In this document: positions 1 through 9,051 of the stretch, piece by piece | Position numbering within the stretch: the first letter of the stretch is position 1 | Layout of the letters: every line of letters begins with the position of its first letter | Origin: Candidatus Hydromicrobium sp. | GTDB lineage: Bacteria > Actinomycetota > Humimicrobiia > Humimicrobiales > Humimicrobiaceae | Direction: 5' to 3' | Assembly (NCBI GenBank): GCA_036514675.1 | Contig: DATBWS010000003.1 | Coordinates: 1 to 54,102, forward strand | Length of the DNA stretch: 54,102 nt | Translations under genes and position numbers: made by a program | Notes under the pieces: model-generated | Seen by the model: only the letters and a program-made list of their open reading frames with translations | Told to the model about the DNA's origin: nothing | Databases searched by the model: none

Positions 1-2
1 TA

Positions 3-1910
3 GGTTCCAGGATTAAATTAAAATTCAAGGATTATATAACTTTAAATGAGGATGGATATAAGCGGGTAAAGGATAGGATTGACTGGAAGAAAAATTATTC
101 ACAGAAAAAAGTAATTGATTATCTGGCTTTACACGGTGAAGTTTTAAAAGAGAAACTAATAAAAGATACCGGCTCAAACTATTCAAGCCTGGCGGGCCTT
201 GCACGTAAGAATATTATATCCGTAATTAAAAAAAGGCAGAAACGGGATTTCAGATACGATTACCAGCCGGATAAGAACTTAAAGAAAAAAAAGATAATCT
301 TAAACTCCTATCAAAAAAATGCGCTGCAAAGTATAGAAGATGCCGTAAGTAAAAACATTTTTCATAAATTTCTGATCGAAGGTGTGACCGGCAGCGGGAA
401 AACCGATATTTATATAGCCGCCTGCAGGAAAGTTCTGGCCGGTAAAAAAAAAGCGCTTATTCTCACTCCTGAGATTTCTTTGATCCCCCAGCTGTTTTCA
501 AGATTTGAATCCGAGTTTGGAACCAGGGTCTGTGTATATCATTCCAATATGAGTGAAGCGGAAAGATATGAAAGGTGGCTGGATATATGGAATGGTGAGT
601 TTGACATAATAATAGGGACCCGGTCTTCAATTTTTACTCCCCTGGACAATCCTGGCATAATAATACTGGATGAGGAACATGACCCATCCTACAAGGAAGG
701 GACCAGGGTCAGATACAATACCCAGGATGTGGCAATAAAACTGGGAGAAATACTGGGCATTCCCGTGGTTATGGGCAGTGCCACACCCAGTCTGGTTACG
801 AGATACAGAGCGGAAGACGAGGATGATTTTACCCTGCTTGAGATTCCGGTTAAAGCTCAGAGCAGCAGCTCTTTAAAAATGGAGGTAGTTGATCTTAAAG
901 AAATAGACCGTTTAAAGGAAGATATGGTTATAACCGGTAAGTTATTTACCGCAATCAGAGAGGAATTGGAAAAAAATAATAAGGTAATTATTTTTTTAAA
1001 TAGAAGGGGTTACAGTAATTTTATAATATGCAATAAATGCGGCAACGTACCCAGATGTCCTGCCTGTGACCTTTCCTATAATTACCACAGCGACCCCAAA
1101 AAACTGGTATGTCACCACTGCGGCAGAGAGCAAAATTACAACGGAAAGTGCCCTGTTTGCGGTGCAGATAGTGTCTTTTTATACGGTACCGGAATCCAGA
1201 AGGTCCAGTCGAAGCTTCAGATGAGATTTAAAAATACACCCATACTAAGAATGGATTCGGATATAACCGTAAAAAAGAAGTCGCACCAGGAAATACTAAA
1301 AAAGTTCATTTCTCCCGGTGGATCGATTCTTATAGGCACGCAGATGATAGCCAAGGGGCTTGATATTGAAGATATTACTCTGGTAGGGGTTATTAATTGC
1401 GACAGTATGCTGGGACTTCCTGATTATCATATGAATGAAAGAGTTTATCAGCTTATTACCCAGGTATCGGGAAGGGCGGGAAGGAAGAGAAAGAAAGGCA
1501 GGGTAATAATCCAGACCTATAATCCCGGAAGCAGGATTATGGAAAACATACTTGCAAATGATTATGAATCATTTTACCGGCAGGAACTGGATAATAGAAG
1601 AGAACTCGGCTATCCTCCTTTTTCTAATTTAATAAATATTATAATTTCCGGTAAGGATGAGAATAAAGTAAAGAAAGATATAGAAGAACTATTTGAGGAA
1701 GTAAGCAAATCTCTTAAAAATGACAGCAGTATACTGGGGCCGGCTCCTGCTCCTTTTCATAAAATAAACTTATTTTACAGATGGCATATAATAATAAAGT
1801 CCAAAAATATAGATTTTTTAAATGAAGTACTGGCTAAAATATTAAAGAGATTTAAAAAATTTGATGAAAATAAGATAATTATTGATGTAGATCCGGTATG
1901 GATCTTATAA
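3..1910 (+). CDS. priA: Primosomal replication protein N' (PriA helicase), 5'-truncated by the window edge
   Basis: Frame 3 is open from the window start, upstream of the listed Met. Walker A GVTGSGKT, DEEH box, paired CxxC zinc-finger motifs (CNKCG..CPAC, CHHCG..CPVCG), helicase motif QVSGRAGR. Lies upstream of def-fmt. Confidence 0.9.
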   Translation, partial: GSRIKLKFKDYITLNEDGYKRVKDRIDWKKNYSQKKVIDYLALHGEVLKEKLIKDTGSNYSSLAGLARKNIISVIKKRQKRDFRYDYQPDKNLKKKKIILNSYQKNALQSIEDAVSKNIFHKFLIEGVTGSGKTDIYIAACRKVLAGKKKALILTPEISLIPQLFSRFESEFGTRVCVYHSNMSEAERYERWLDIWNGEFDIIIGTRSSIFTPLDNPGIIILDEEHDPSYKEGTRVRYNTQDVAIKLGEILGIPVVMGSATPSLVTRYRAEDEDDFTLLEIPVKAQSSSSLKMEVVDLKEIDRLKEDMVITGKLFTAIREELEKNNKVIIFLNRRGYSNFIICNKCGNVPRCPACDLSYNYHSDPKKLVCHHCGREQNYNGKCPVCGADSVFLYGTGIQKVQSKLQMRFKNTPILRMDSDITVKKKSHQEILKKFISPGGSILIGTQMIAKGLDIEDITLVGVINCDSMLGLPDYHMNERVYQLITQVSGRAGRKRKKGRVIIQTYNPGSRIMENILANDYESFYRQELDNRRELGYPPFSNLINIIISGKDENKVKKDIEELFEEVSKSLKNDSSILGPAPAPFHKINLFYRWHIIIKSKNIDFLNEVLAKILKRFKKFDENKIIIDVDPVWIL

Positions 1911-1928
1911 ATTTGGGAAAGGTGTAAG

Positions 1929-2426
1929 ATGGCAGTTAAAGAAATCAGGAAAATCGGTGACCCGGTTTTAAGGGAAAAAAGCAAAAAAGTAGAAAAAATG
2001 GATAACAAGCTAGCAAGTCTGGTTAAAGATATGGTTGATACATTAAAGGAACAGGGTGCAGTAGGTCTGGCTGCTCCTCAGATAGGTATAACCAGAAGAG
2101 TAATTATCATCAGTCTTGATGATAAGATTAAGATATTTATAAATCCGGAAATCGAAGTTCTGGACAAGCGGAATATAGAGAGCAATGAGGGTTGCCTGAG
2201 TATCTATTCGATAAAGGACTTTAATGTTAATAGATTTTCAAAGGTTAAAGTGAAAGCAAAAGATTTAAAAGGCAATGATGTCACACTTGTAGCGGAAGAT
2301 TTGCTGGCAAGGATATTTCAGCATGAGATCGACCATCTGAATGGAATATTATATATAGATCGTCTTGACCGGAAATCAAGAAGAGAACTGATTGCAAAGA
2401 TTAATGAGATTAAATCAAATATTTAA
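1929..2426 (+). CDS. def: Peptide deformylase
   Basis: Three deformylase motifs: GLAAPQIG, EGCLS, HEIDH. Followed by fmt. Confidence 0.95.
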   Translation: MAVKEIRKIGDPVLREKSKKVEKMDNKLASLVKDMVDTLKEQGAVGLAAPQIGITRRVIIISLDDKIKIFINPEIEVLDKRNIESNEGCLSIYSIKDFNVNRFSKVKVKAKDLKGNDVTLVAEDLLARIFQHEIDHLNGILYIDRLDRKSRRELIAKINEIKSNI

Positions 2427-2441
2427 AATAAGGAGACTCAC

Positions 2442-3410
2442 TTGAAAATATTGTTTTTTGGCTCTTCCGAAATTTCAGTTCCGTTCCTGGAAGAAATATA
2501 CAAATCAAGGCACAGTATATCTCTGGTTGTAACTACTGCTGATAAGCCTGCGGGCAGGGGAAGAAAGACTGCTCCCAATATAGTTAAAAGTAAAGCCGCT
2601 GAACTGGGAGTTGATTTTATACAGATTGAGAAGTTTGACAGTATTTTTTTAAATAAATTTACGAGTTTGGAATTTAATGGTGTGGTGGTAGCTTCTTTCG
2701 GGAAGATATTTCCTGAAAAAATATTTAAACTAACCTCTGCCCGGTGGTTTAATGTGCACCCTTCACTTCTGCCCGGATATAGAGGTCCCACGCCTATTAT
2801 AAGCACCCTGTTGAACGGTGATAAGGTGGGAGGAGTGAGCATAATCGAGGTAGTGCCGGAGGTGGATGCCGGCGGTATATATGCTCAGGTTAAGTTCGGG
2901 GTAGAAGAAGATGATAACCGGGACAGTCTGGAGGGTAAATCAATAAAATTTGGGAAACCTCTTCTGATGGCGGTACTTGACCTGGTGGAAAGTGAAAAGA
3001 TCAAACCCTATCCCCAGGATAAGGGAAATGTGGTCTATAGTTATAAGATTACGAAAGATGATATAAAAATAAACTGGGACAGCAGAGCAGTGGAAATAGT
3101 TAATAAAGTCAGGGCTTTCAGCTCAAGTCCGGGCGCTTATTTTCTCTGGAAAGGTTCAAGAATCAAAGTCCTTAAAGCAAGTGTCTTAAATGAAGCAATA
3201 ATTAATGCCTATCCGGATAAACTCAGGATTGGTAAAAATAGGAAAAATGGTTTTGTAGTCGAAGCTGATAAAAAAACAGGTATTTTAGTTAAGTGTAATG
3301 GAAATGAAATGGTAAAAATTGAGTTGCTGCAGCCTCAGGGTAAAAAGGTAATGTCTTCAGTGGATTTTATTAATGGATATAGACTTGAGGCCGGTGAGAG
3401 TTTTGAATGA
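2442..3410 (+). CDS. fmt: Methionyl-tRNA formyltransferase
   Basis: TTG start preceded by AAGGAG. Formyltransferase core NVHPSLLPGYRGPTPI. Conserved def-fmt order. Confidence 0.9.
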   Translation: MKILFFGSSEISVPFLEEIYKSRHSISLVVTTADKPAGRGRKTAPNIVKSKAAELGVDFIQIEKFDSIFLNKFTSLEFNGVVVASFGKIFPEKIFKLTSARWFNVHPSLLPGYRGPTPIISTLLNGDKVGGVSIIEVVPEVDAGGIYAQVKFGVEEDDNRDSLEGKSIKFGKPLLMAVLDLVESEKIKPYPQDKGNVVYSYKITKDDIKINWDSRAVEIVNKVRAFSSSPGAYFLWKGSRIKVLKASVLNEAIINAYPDKLRIGKNRKNGFVVEADKKTGILVKCNGNEMVKIELLQPQGKKVMSSVDFINGYRLEAGESFE

Positions 3411-4956
3411 AAGAGAAGACGGAATAAATCCCCGTAAAATTGCTCTTCTTATCTTAATCCAGTATTTTAAAAAAAGAAAATCCTTAAAGGATATAATAAA
3501 CAGTTACTTTAAGGACTATAAACTGTCAGGACTCGATAGGCGTTTTATCTTTAATATAGCCAAGGGCACGGTTAGATATTACCAGAAAATTGATTTTGTG
3601 CTCTCTTTATTTTCGAATAAGGATATAAAAGATATTGATTTTACGGTAATTAATATTCTGCGTATGGGGATTTACCAGTTAATGTATATGGATAAAGTTC
3701 CGCATTATTCAACGGTTAATGAAAGCGTTGAGTTAGCCAGGAAAAATGCTGCTATATCTTCTTCCAAGTTTGTAAATGCAATACTGCGTAAAATAAGTTC
3801 AGTCCCGAACATAGGTTCATTTGTAGAAGAGGAGATGAGGAGGCTGACAGAAGATGAAATTGACAGAATCAGTACAGGTTACTCCTATCCCCGCTGGCTG
3901 GTAAAATACTGGACTACCTGGTACGGGAAAGAAAAGACTATTTTAATCTGCAGGTCGCTGAATGAAAACCCGCATACTTACCTGAGATTTAATAAAGATA
4001 AAATTACCAGAGAAGAACTGTCCAAAGAGTTAGGCATAAAGTCAATCGATGGAAAACCCAGCAGTCAAAATATTAAAGCCATACATGAACCTGTATCGGA
4101 TAATATTGAAATAAAGGGTGACAATAATAAACAATTCGTATCGCAGGATATTATATTAGAAGATGCTATAGAAGTTTCCAGCGTTCAGGATATTTCGGAA
4201 ACTGACATTTACAGGAAGGGCCTGGTTTCGGTTCAGGATCTCTCCTCTCAGATAGCTATAAAGTATTTTCTAAATCCCCGAAAGGGTGAAAAAATACTGG
4301 ATACGTGCTCTGCGCCTGGCGGGAAAACTGCATATATTGCCGAACTGGTTGGAGATGAGGGAGAAGTGATATCGGTTGATATCAGCGGAAAGAGACTAAA
4401 AGTATTGGAAGATAATCTGGACAGGTTAAACATAAAGAATGTAAGGATTATAGAAGCAGATGCAACCAAACCGGATTTTCTGGAAAGAAGCAGAGATACC
4501 GGGGATAACAAGGATTCTGAAAATAAAAGAACAACTGATAGTTATGCGGGATATTTTGATAAAGTCTTGGTAGATGCCCCCTGCAGCGCTTTTGGAACCA
4601 TTTCCAAGAATCCGGATGCAAAATACAATAGGACAATGGATAATTTAGTGCGCCTTTCCGAAATGTCCTACAGGATGATGGTAAATTGCGATATTTATCT
4701 GAAAGCTGGCGGAAAGCTTGTCTTTTATACCTGTACCCTTTCGCCCATAGAAAATCAACAGGTAATAAGCAAATTTTTAGAAGAATTAAAAAAGAGATAT
4801 ACCATAGAGAAACCGGGTATTCCTGATGAGCTGGCATCAGTTTTAAACTCCAAAAAAATTATAATAGGGTCAGGAGAAGAAACCTGTCTGGAGATTATGC
4901 CCTATTACTTTGAAAGTGAAGCCGGCTTTGTTTGCAGCCTTTTAAAAAAATCGTAA
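3373..4956 (+). CDS. rsmB: 16S rRNA (cytosine967-C5)-methyltransferase RsmB/Sun
   Basis: NusB-like N-terminal domain followed by a SAM methyltransferase (DTCSAPGGKT, LVDAPCSAFG, FYTCTLS). True start uncertain: ATG 3373, GTG 3394 or TTG 3403. Overlaps the fmt stop. Confidence 0.85.
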   Translation: MDIDLRPVRVLNEREDGINPRKIALLILIQYFKKRKSLKDIINSYFKDYKLSGLDRRFIFNIAKGTVRYYQKIDFVLSLFSNKDIKDIDFTVINILRMGIYQLMYMDKVPHYSTVNESVELARKNAAISSSKFVNAILRKISSVPNIGSFVEEEMRRLTEDEIDRISTGYSYPRWLVKYWTTWYGKEKTILICRSLNENPHTYLRFNKDKITREELSKELGIKSIDGKPSSQNIKAIHEPVSDNIEIKGDNNKQFVSQDIILEDAIEVSSVQDISETDIYRKGLVSVQDLSSQIAIKYFLNPRKGEKILDTCSAPGGKTAYIAELVGDEGEVISVDISGKRLKVLEDNLDRLNIKNVRIIEADATKPDFLERSRDTGDNKDSENKRTTDSYAGYFDKVLVDAPCSAFGTISKNPDAKYNRTMDNLVRLSEMSYRMMVNCDIYLKAGGKLVFYTCTLSPIENQQVISKFLEELKKRYTIEKPGIPDELASVLNSKKIIIGSGEETCLEIMPYYFESEAGFVCSLLKKS

Positions 4957-5010
4957 AGATGTTTGTTAATTAATCCTGAATGATCTTCATACAACTAATC
5001 TTTTATTATA

Positions 5011-5038
5011 TTGACAAAGTCCCATAGTATGTTAACAT
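5011..5038 (+). promoter_or_regulatory. Putative sigma70-type promoter of the TA operon, with a 10-bp palindrome over the -10
   Basis: TTGACA (5011-5016), 16-nt spacer, TG-n-TAACAT (5033-5038). Perfect palindrome ATGTTAACAT at 5029-5038 overlaps the -10, a candidate RHH antitoxin operator. Confidence 0.45.
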
Positions 5039-5072
5039 AAAATGTATATTTATTAATTAACAAAAGATTGAT

Positions 5073-5336
5073 ATGGATACAAAAAAAAGAACACATGTTG
5101 TGGTACCCGAGGAATTGGTAGAAGAAATAGACAGACTTTCGGGGAAAAGAAAGCGCAGCTGGTTCATAACGCAGGCTGTAAGAAAAGAGATACAAAGATT
5201 AAATTTTATTAAAGCGGTAAAGGAAACAGCTGGAACCTGGAATGATGAAGATCATCCCGAATTTAAGAAAGGAGTGGACAGGTGGGTAAGGAGCCTGCGA
5301 AAGGAAGATGAAAAGAGACTTAAGGAAATAATGTAA
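5073..5336 (+). CDS. vapB: Ribbon-helix-helix (CopG/VapB-like) antitoxin
   Basis: N-terminal RHH-like segment THVVVPEELVEEIDRLSGKRKRSWFITQAVRKEI. Small, charged C-terminal tail. Stop overlaps the start of the downstream PIN gene (ATGTAATGG). Confidence 0.7.
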   Translation: MDTKKRTHVVVPEELVEEIDRLSGKRKRSWFITQAVRKEIQRLNFIKAVKETAGTWNDEDHPEFKKGVDRWVRSLRKEDEKRLKEIM

Positions 5337-5719
5337 TGGCCGAATGTTTATTGGATACGACCACAATAATTGATCACTTGCGAGGTGATAAAAAAGTAAG
5401 CTCCTATCTGGAAGAAATTGGGATGCGGGGTGACATTGCAGGATGCTGTTGCATAAATATTGCTGAAGTTTATACCGGGGTGAAGGAAAAAGAAAAAGAG
5501 AAGACAGATAAATTTATTGAAAGCCTTTATTATTTTGAAGTAACTAAAGAGATCGCTAAATTAGCCGGGAGGCTGAAGCAAAAGCATGCTAAAAAGGGTA
5601 AGACATTAGCCATTACTGATGTAATTATTGCAGCTATAGCAATGGTATATGGTTTAACACTGGTTACGAAAAATGTAAAACATTATCCCTTCCCTGAATT
5701 GGAAATTAAAGAAATCTAG
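5336..5719 (+). CDS. vapC: PIN-domain ribonuclease toxin (VapC-like)
   Basis: 127 aa. PIN acidic residues in LLDTTT, IAEVY and ITDVIIAA, plus C-terminal LVTKNVKHY motif. Translationally coupled to the RHH gene. Confidence 0.75.
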   Translation: MAECLLDTTTIIDHLRGDKKVSSYLEEIGMRGDIAGCCCINIAEVYTGVKEKEKEKTDKFIESLYYFEVTKEIAKLAGRLKQKHAKKGKTLAITDVIIAAIAMVYGLTLVTKNVKHYPFPELEIKEI

Positions 5720-5757
5720 CCCATATATTGTTTTTAAATAGGGTAAACTATTAAAAT

Positions 5758-6228
5758 GTGAATGAATTATATTTCAAAAAAGCGGAAAAAAAAGATGCTG
5801 CTGTACTGGCTGAATATCGCTTTAAAATGTTTAATGAGATATTTCCGGATGATAATCTGGACGAAAGAAAGGCTGAAATTGTTGATGAGTGCACCCGCTA
5901 TTACCTTGATGACATAAATGACAAGAACCACTACAGTATTATTGCGTTTGTGGGCAGGACAGCGGTGGGATGTGGAACTATATTATTGGAGGAGAGGCCG
6001 CCGAGTCCAAAGCATAGGATAAATCTATCGGCCTACATTTTAAATATCTATGTAGATACCGGGTATCGCGGCAGGGGTATTGCCAGGAAAATTATTGATC
6101 ACCTGCATGAATACGCGAGGAGCAGAGGAGTAAGAAAGATTGGACTCAACGCTTCCCGGTTTGGCCATGGATTGTATAAGAAGATTGGATATAAAATAAA
6201 CGAGTCCTATCTTGAAATAGAAATTTAA
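5758..6228 (+). CDS. GNAT family N-acetyltransferase
   Basis: Acetyl-CoA binding motif A YRGRGIARKII, followed by GLYKKIGY. 156 aa. Confidence 0.8.
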   Translation: MNELYFKKAEKKDAAVLAEYRFKMFNEIFPDDNLDERKAEIVDECTRYYLDDINDKNHYSIIAFVGRTAVGCGTILLEERPPSPKHRINLSAYILNIYVDTGYRGRGIARKIIDHLHEYARSRGVRKIGLNASRFGHGLYKKIGYKINESYLEIEI

Positions 6229-6416
6229 ACTATTTTTTTTACATTACCTGAAGACAAACAGCTGGTACAGATATTTATAGTCTTAACCTGACCTTTATAT
6301 TCAACCCTAGTTTTATGAATATTGGGTTTAAAGGTTCTTCTGGTTTTTTTGTGTGAATGACTTACGCTATTTCCAAAAGATGTTTTTTTACCGCAAATTT
6401 CACATAATCTGGACAT
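6225..6416 (-). CDS. rpmB: 50S ribosomal protein L28
   Basis: MSRLCEICGKK..GNSVSHSHKKTRRTFKPN is the L28 signature. AGGAGA Shine-Dalgarno upstream on the minus strand. The only minus-strand gene in the window. Confidence 0.9.
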   Translation of the reverse strand: MSRLCEICGKKTSFGNSVSHSHKKTRRTFKPNIHKTRVEYKGQVKTINICTSCLSSGNVKKIV

Positions 6417-6662
6417 TTTTTCTCCTGTATATTTAAAAAAATTATATTTTAATCCCGGGGAATATTTATTTTATTAATTATAAATAAACCAGGAAGGAAT
6501 ATTAGCATTTTATTTCTTACTTTTCAAGGTAAATAGAAAAGTAAATAAAAAAGTAATCAGGTGTTAATAGAAACAATTTTTAACTAATGAAGTCTTAAGG
6601 AATATAGAAAATATCGTGGCGGGGTAAGGATTGTTTTATCTGGATAGGAATGAAGCAAATTC

Positions 6663-6671
6663 TGGTATAAT
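6663..6671 (+). promoter_or_regulatory. Extended -10 promoter element upstream of the DAK2/yloV gene
   Basis: TGgTATAAT at 6663-6671, about 44 nt upstream of ATG 6715. No good -35 seen. Confidence 0.35.
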
Positions 6672-6714
6672 ATATTAGAATATTTAATCATCTAACCCTG
6701 AAACGGGCAAAATT

Positions 6715-8451
6715 ATGTTTAATGAAATAAATGACCGGGATCTAAAAAAAGTCATTGATATCATAATAGAAAATTTTAAGGAAAACGAAGAAAAAATTAA
6801 TGATATGAATGTATTTCCTGTCCCTGATGGAGATACCGGTACCAATATGCTGCTTACTTTAAATTCAATCAAGGAAGAACTTTCAAAGCTTAAGGATTTT
6901 TCTGTAAAAAGTGTTCTGGAGAAAGCTTCATTTGGAGCATTAATGGGAGCCAGAGGAAATTCCGGCGTAATATTATCTCAAATACTTAAAGGTTTTTTTG
7001 ATATTATAATAAAATATGACAGTCCTAGTCTGGAAGTAATAAAAGAAGCGCTTAAATCGTCGAGGGATCTGGCCTATGATTCTGTACAGGACCCAACCGA
7101 AGGCACAATGCTTACTACTGTAAAAGATATTTGCGAGTTTGTTGATAATTTAACCAATAATACCGATAAAATAAAACTGATAGAACTCCTGGATGGAATT
7201 ATTTCCGAAACTGAAAAATCTGTTGAAAGAACCACTTTTCTTCTTCCTGTACTGAAAAAAGCGGATGTGGTGGATGCCGGAGCACAGGGTATCCTGGATA
7301 TACTGATTGGAACCAGAAAAGCCCTGGTAGAAATTGGCAGTATAAATAAAAAATTAGAAAAAACGCTTATTAAAGTCGGAGGGACTGTATCTTCTAAATC
7401 CGGCAATAGTGGTAACAATGGCAATAATAAGTCAGAAAGCGGTAATCAGAGCAGAGGATCCAGAACTGATAAACCGAAGGTTGAAAAGAAAAGTTTAAAA
7501 GAGGTAAAAAGGAGTTATGAAATTAAATATACTTATTGCACGGAATTCATATTAAAGGGCAGCGGAATAGATATAGGGAGATTAAAGGAAAGAATTGAAA
7601 GTTTTGGCGATAGCGCTCTGGTGGTTGGGAATGAAAATCTGGTGAAGATACATGTGCATACTAACCATCCCCATAAAGTTCTGAGGAGAGCGTTAAGGGA
7701 AGGTACTCTTCATGATATTCAGATCAATAATATGGAGGATCAGAGAAAAGAAGCGGCAGGAAAGGCAGAAACAGTAGAAGAGAAATTAGAAGAAAGAAGG
7801 GCACTTGTAGCGGTAGCCAATGGTGAGGGACTGGAAGGGATATTTAAAAGTGTCGGTGTAGATATTATTGTAAGCGGCGGACAGAGTATGAATCCGTCAA
7901 CTTACGATATAGTAAAGGCCATAAATAGTACCGAAGTTTCTGAAATTATTATATTTCCAAATAATAAAAATATCATACTGACCGCAAATCAGGCAAAAAA
8001 AATTGTAAAGAAAAAAAGTATTTATGTGGTACCCACCAGGAGTATACCGGCAGGTATATCGGCGATACTGAGATATAATCCTGATTCGGGCATGGAAGAG
8101 AATATATATAGCATGGAGGAAGCAGCTAGAAAGACCAAAGATGGAGAGATAACCCAGGCCGTAAGAGATGCAAATCTTATGGTCGGTGAGATAAAAAGGG
8201 GCGAATATATTGGACTGTCTAACGGCAAGGTTAGAGTAGTATCGGATAATGTGGTAGATGCGACTGTCGATCTGATAAGGGATATTGCCAGTTCCACCGA
8301 TGAAGTTATTACTTTTTACACCGGCAAGGATAACAGACCGGAAGACATTGAAAACATTAAAAGAAAGATTAAAAAGTATTTTCCCAAAATGGACATAGAA
8401 GTTCATAAGGGTGAACAACCCTTATATCCTTACATATTTTCAATTGAATGA
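6715..8451 (+). CDS. DAK2 domain fusion protein (YloV family)
   Basis: Dak2 phosphate-binding motif DGDTGTNM near the N-terminus. YloV-like C-terminal half. Divergent from rpmB, as rpmB/yloU-yloV are in Bacillus. Contains a Ser/Gly/Asn-rich low-complexity linker. Confidence 0.85.
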   Translation: MFNEINDRDLKKVIDIIIENFKENEEKINDMNVFPVPDGDTGTNMLLTLNSIKEELSKLKDFSVKSVLEKASFGALMGARGNSGVILSQILKGFFDIIIKYDSPSLEVIKEALKSSRDLAYDSVQDPTEGTMLTTVKDICEFVDNLTNNTDKIKLIELLDGIISETEKSVERTTFLLPVLKKADVVDAGAQGILDILIGTRKALVEIGSINKKLEKTLIKVGGTVSSKSGNSGNNGNNKSESGNQSRGSRTDKPKVEKKSLKEVKRSYEIKYTYCTEFILKGSGIDIGRLKERIESFGDSALVVGNENLVKIHVHTNHPHKVLRRALREGTLHDIQINNMEDQRKEAAGKAETVEEKLEERRALVAVANGEGLEGIFKSVGVDIIVSGGQSMNPSTYDIVKAINSTEVSEIIIFPNNKNIILTANQAKKIVKKKSIYVVPTRSIPAGISAILRYNPDSGMEENIYSMEEAARKTKDGEITQAVRDANLMVGEIKRGEYIGLSNGKVRVVSDNVVDATVDLIRDIASSTDEVITFYTGKDNRPEDIENIKRKIKKYFPKMDIEVHKGEQPLYPYIFSIE

Positions 8452-8473
8452 TTTCGCTAGACGGTGATGAACT

Positions 8474-9028
8474 ATTAGAATTATTTCTGGTAAATTCAAG
8501 GGCAGAAAACTTAAACCTCCATCGGATTATAAAATCAGACCTACTTTAGACAGTGTAAAAGAAAGTATTTTTAATGTTATCGGAAGTAGAATAGAAGGGT
8601 CAAACGTTCTGGATTTATTTGCCGGGACAGGTTCGTTAGGAATAGAATCCTTAAGCAGGAACTGCAACCTGGTATATTTTGTAGATGAGAGTTTTGAATC
8701 AGTGAGTCTTATAAGATATAATGTCACATACTTAAAAATTGATAGTGAAAAATATAAAATAATTAGAAATGAAGTTCTGAAATTCCTGCTATCTTATGCA
8801 GGCTTAAAGTGGGATATAATCTTTATAGACCCGCCATATAAAATTGAAAGTGGTATAATGAGAGAAATATTTGACATCTTATCGGAAAAAAAAATTAGCC
8901 GGACCGATACTCTGATAGTATATGAATATTTTTTCAAAAAAGATATCGGAAAAGAAACAGAAAATTTGAAAAAAAATAAAGAATCACATTTTGGAGACAA
9001 GAAAGTGATTTATCTTTCTCCTTATTAA
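8474..9028 (+). CDS. rsmD: 16S rRNA (guanine966-N2)-methyltransferase RsmD, apparent ATT start
   Basis: The frame of the listed ORF (8702..9028) is open back to TGA TGA at 8465-8470. It encodes (I)RIISGKFKGRKLKPP..DLFAGTGSLGIESLSR (SAM motif I) upstream of the first GTG, with DPPY downstream. The only plausible initiator is ATT 8474, 6 nt after GGTGA. Confidence 0.75.
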   Translation: MRIISGKFKGRKLKPPSDYKIRPTLDSVKESIFNVIGSRIEGSNVLDLFAGTGSLGIESLSRNCNLVYFVDESFESVSLIRYNVTYLKIDSEKYKIIRNEVLKFLLSYAGLKWDIIFIDPPYKIESGIMREIFDILSEKKISRTDTLIVYEYFFKKDIGKETENLKKNKESHFGDKKVIYLSPY

Positions 9029-9051
9029 AATTAAGAGATGGGACTTAAACT

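Noticed and set aside
4957-6228. The TA plus GNAT segment as a bona fide mobile element or genomic island.
   Set aside because: No integrase, transposase, inverted or direct terminal repeats were seen, and there is no obvious compositional break by eye. It is reported only as a small accessory insertion.
6517-6544. A perfect 9-bp inverted repeat (TTACTTTTC/GAAAAGTAA, 10-nt loop) in the rpmB/yloV divergent intergenic region.
   Set aside because: The stem is all A/T-rich. The T-rich tract lies before the hairpin and the A-rich tract after it on the + strand, which is the wrong orientation for an intrinsic terminator on either strand. Nothing supports a specific function.
7380-7500. A Ser/Gly/Asn-rich low-complexity stretch inside the DAK2/YloV gene that might signal a fusion or frameshift.
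   Set aside because: The reading frame is continuous and both flanking halves match the YloV architecture. It is most simply an interdomain linker.
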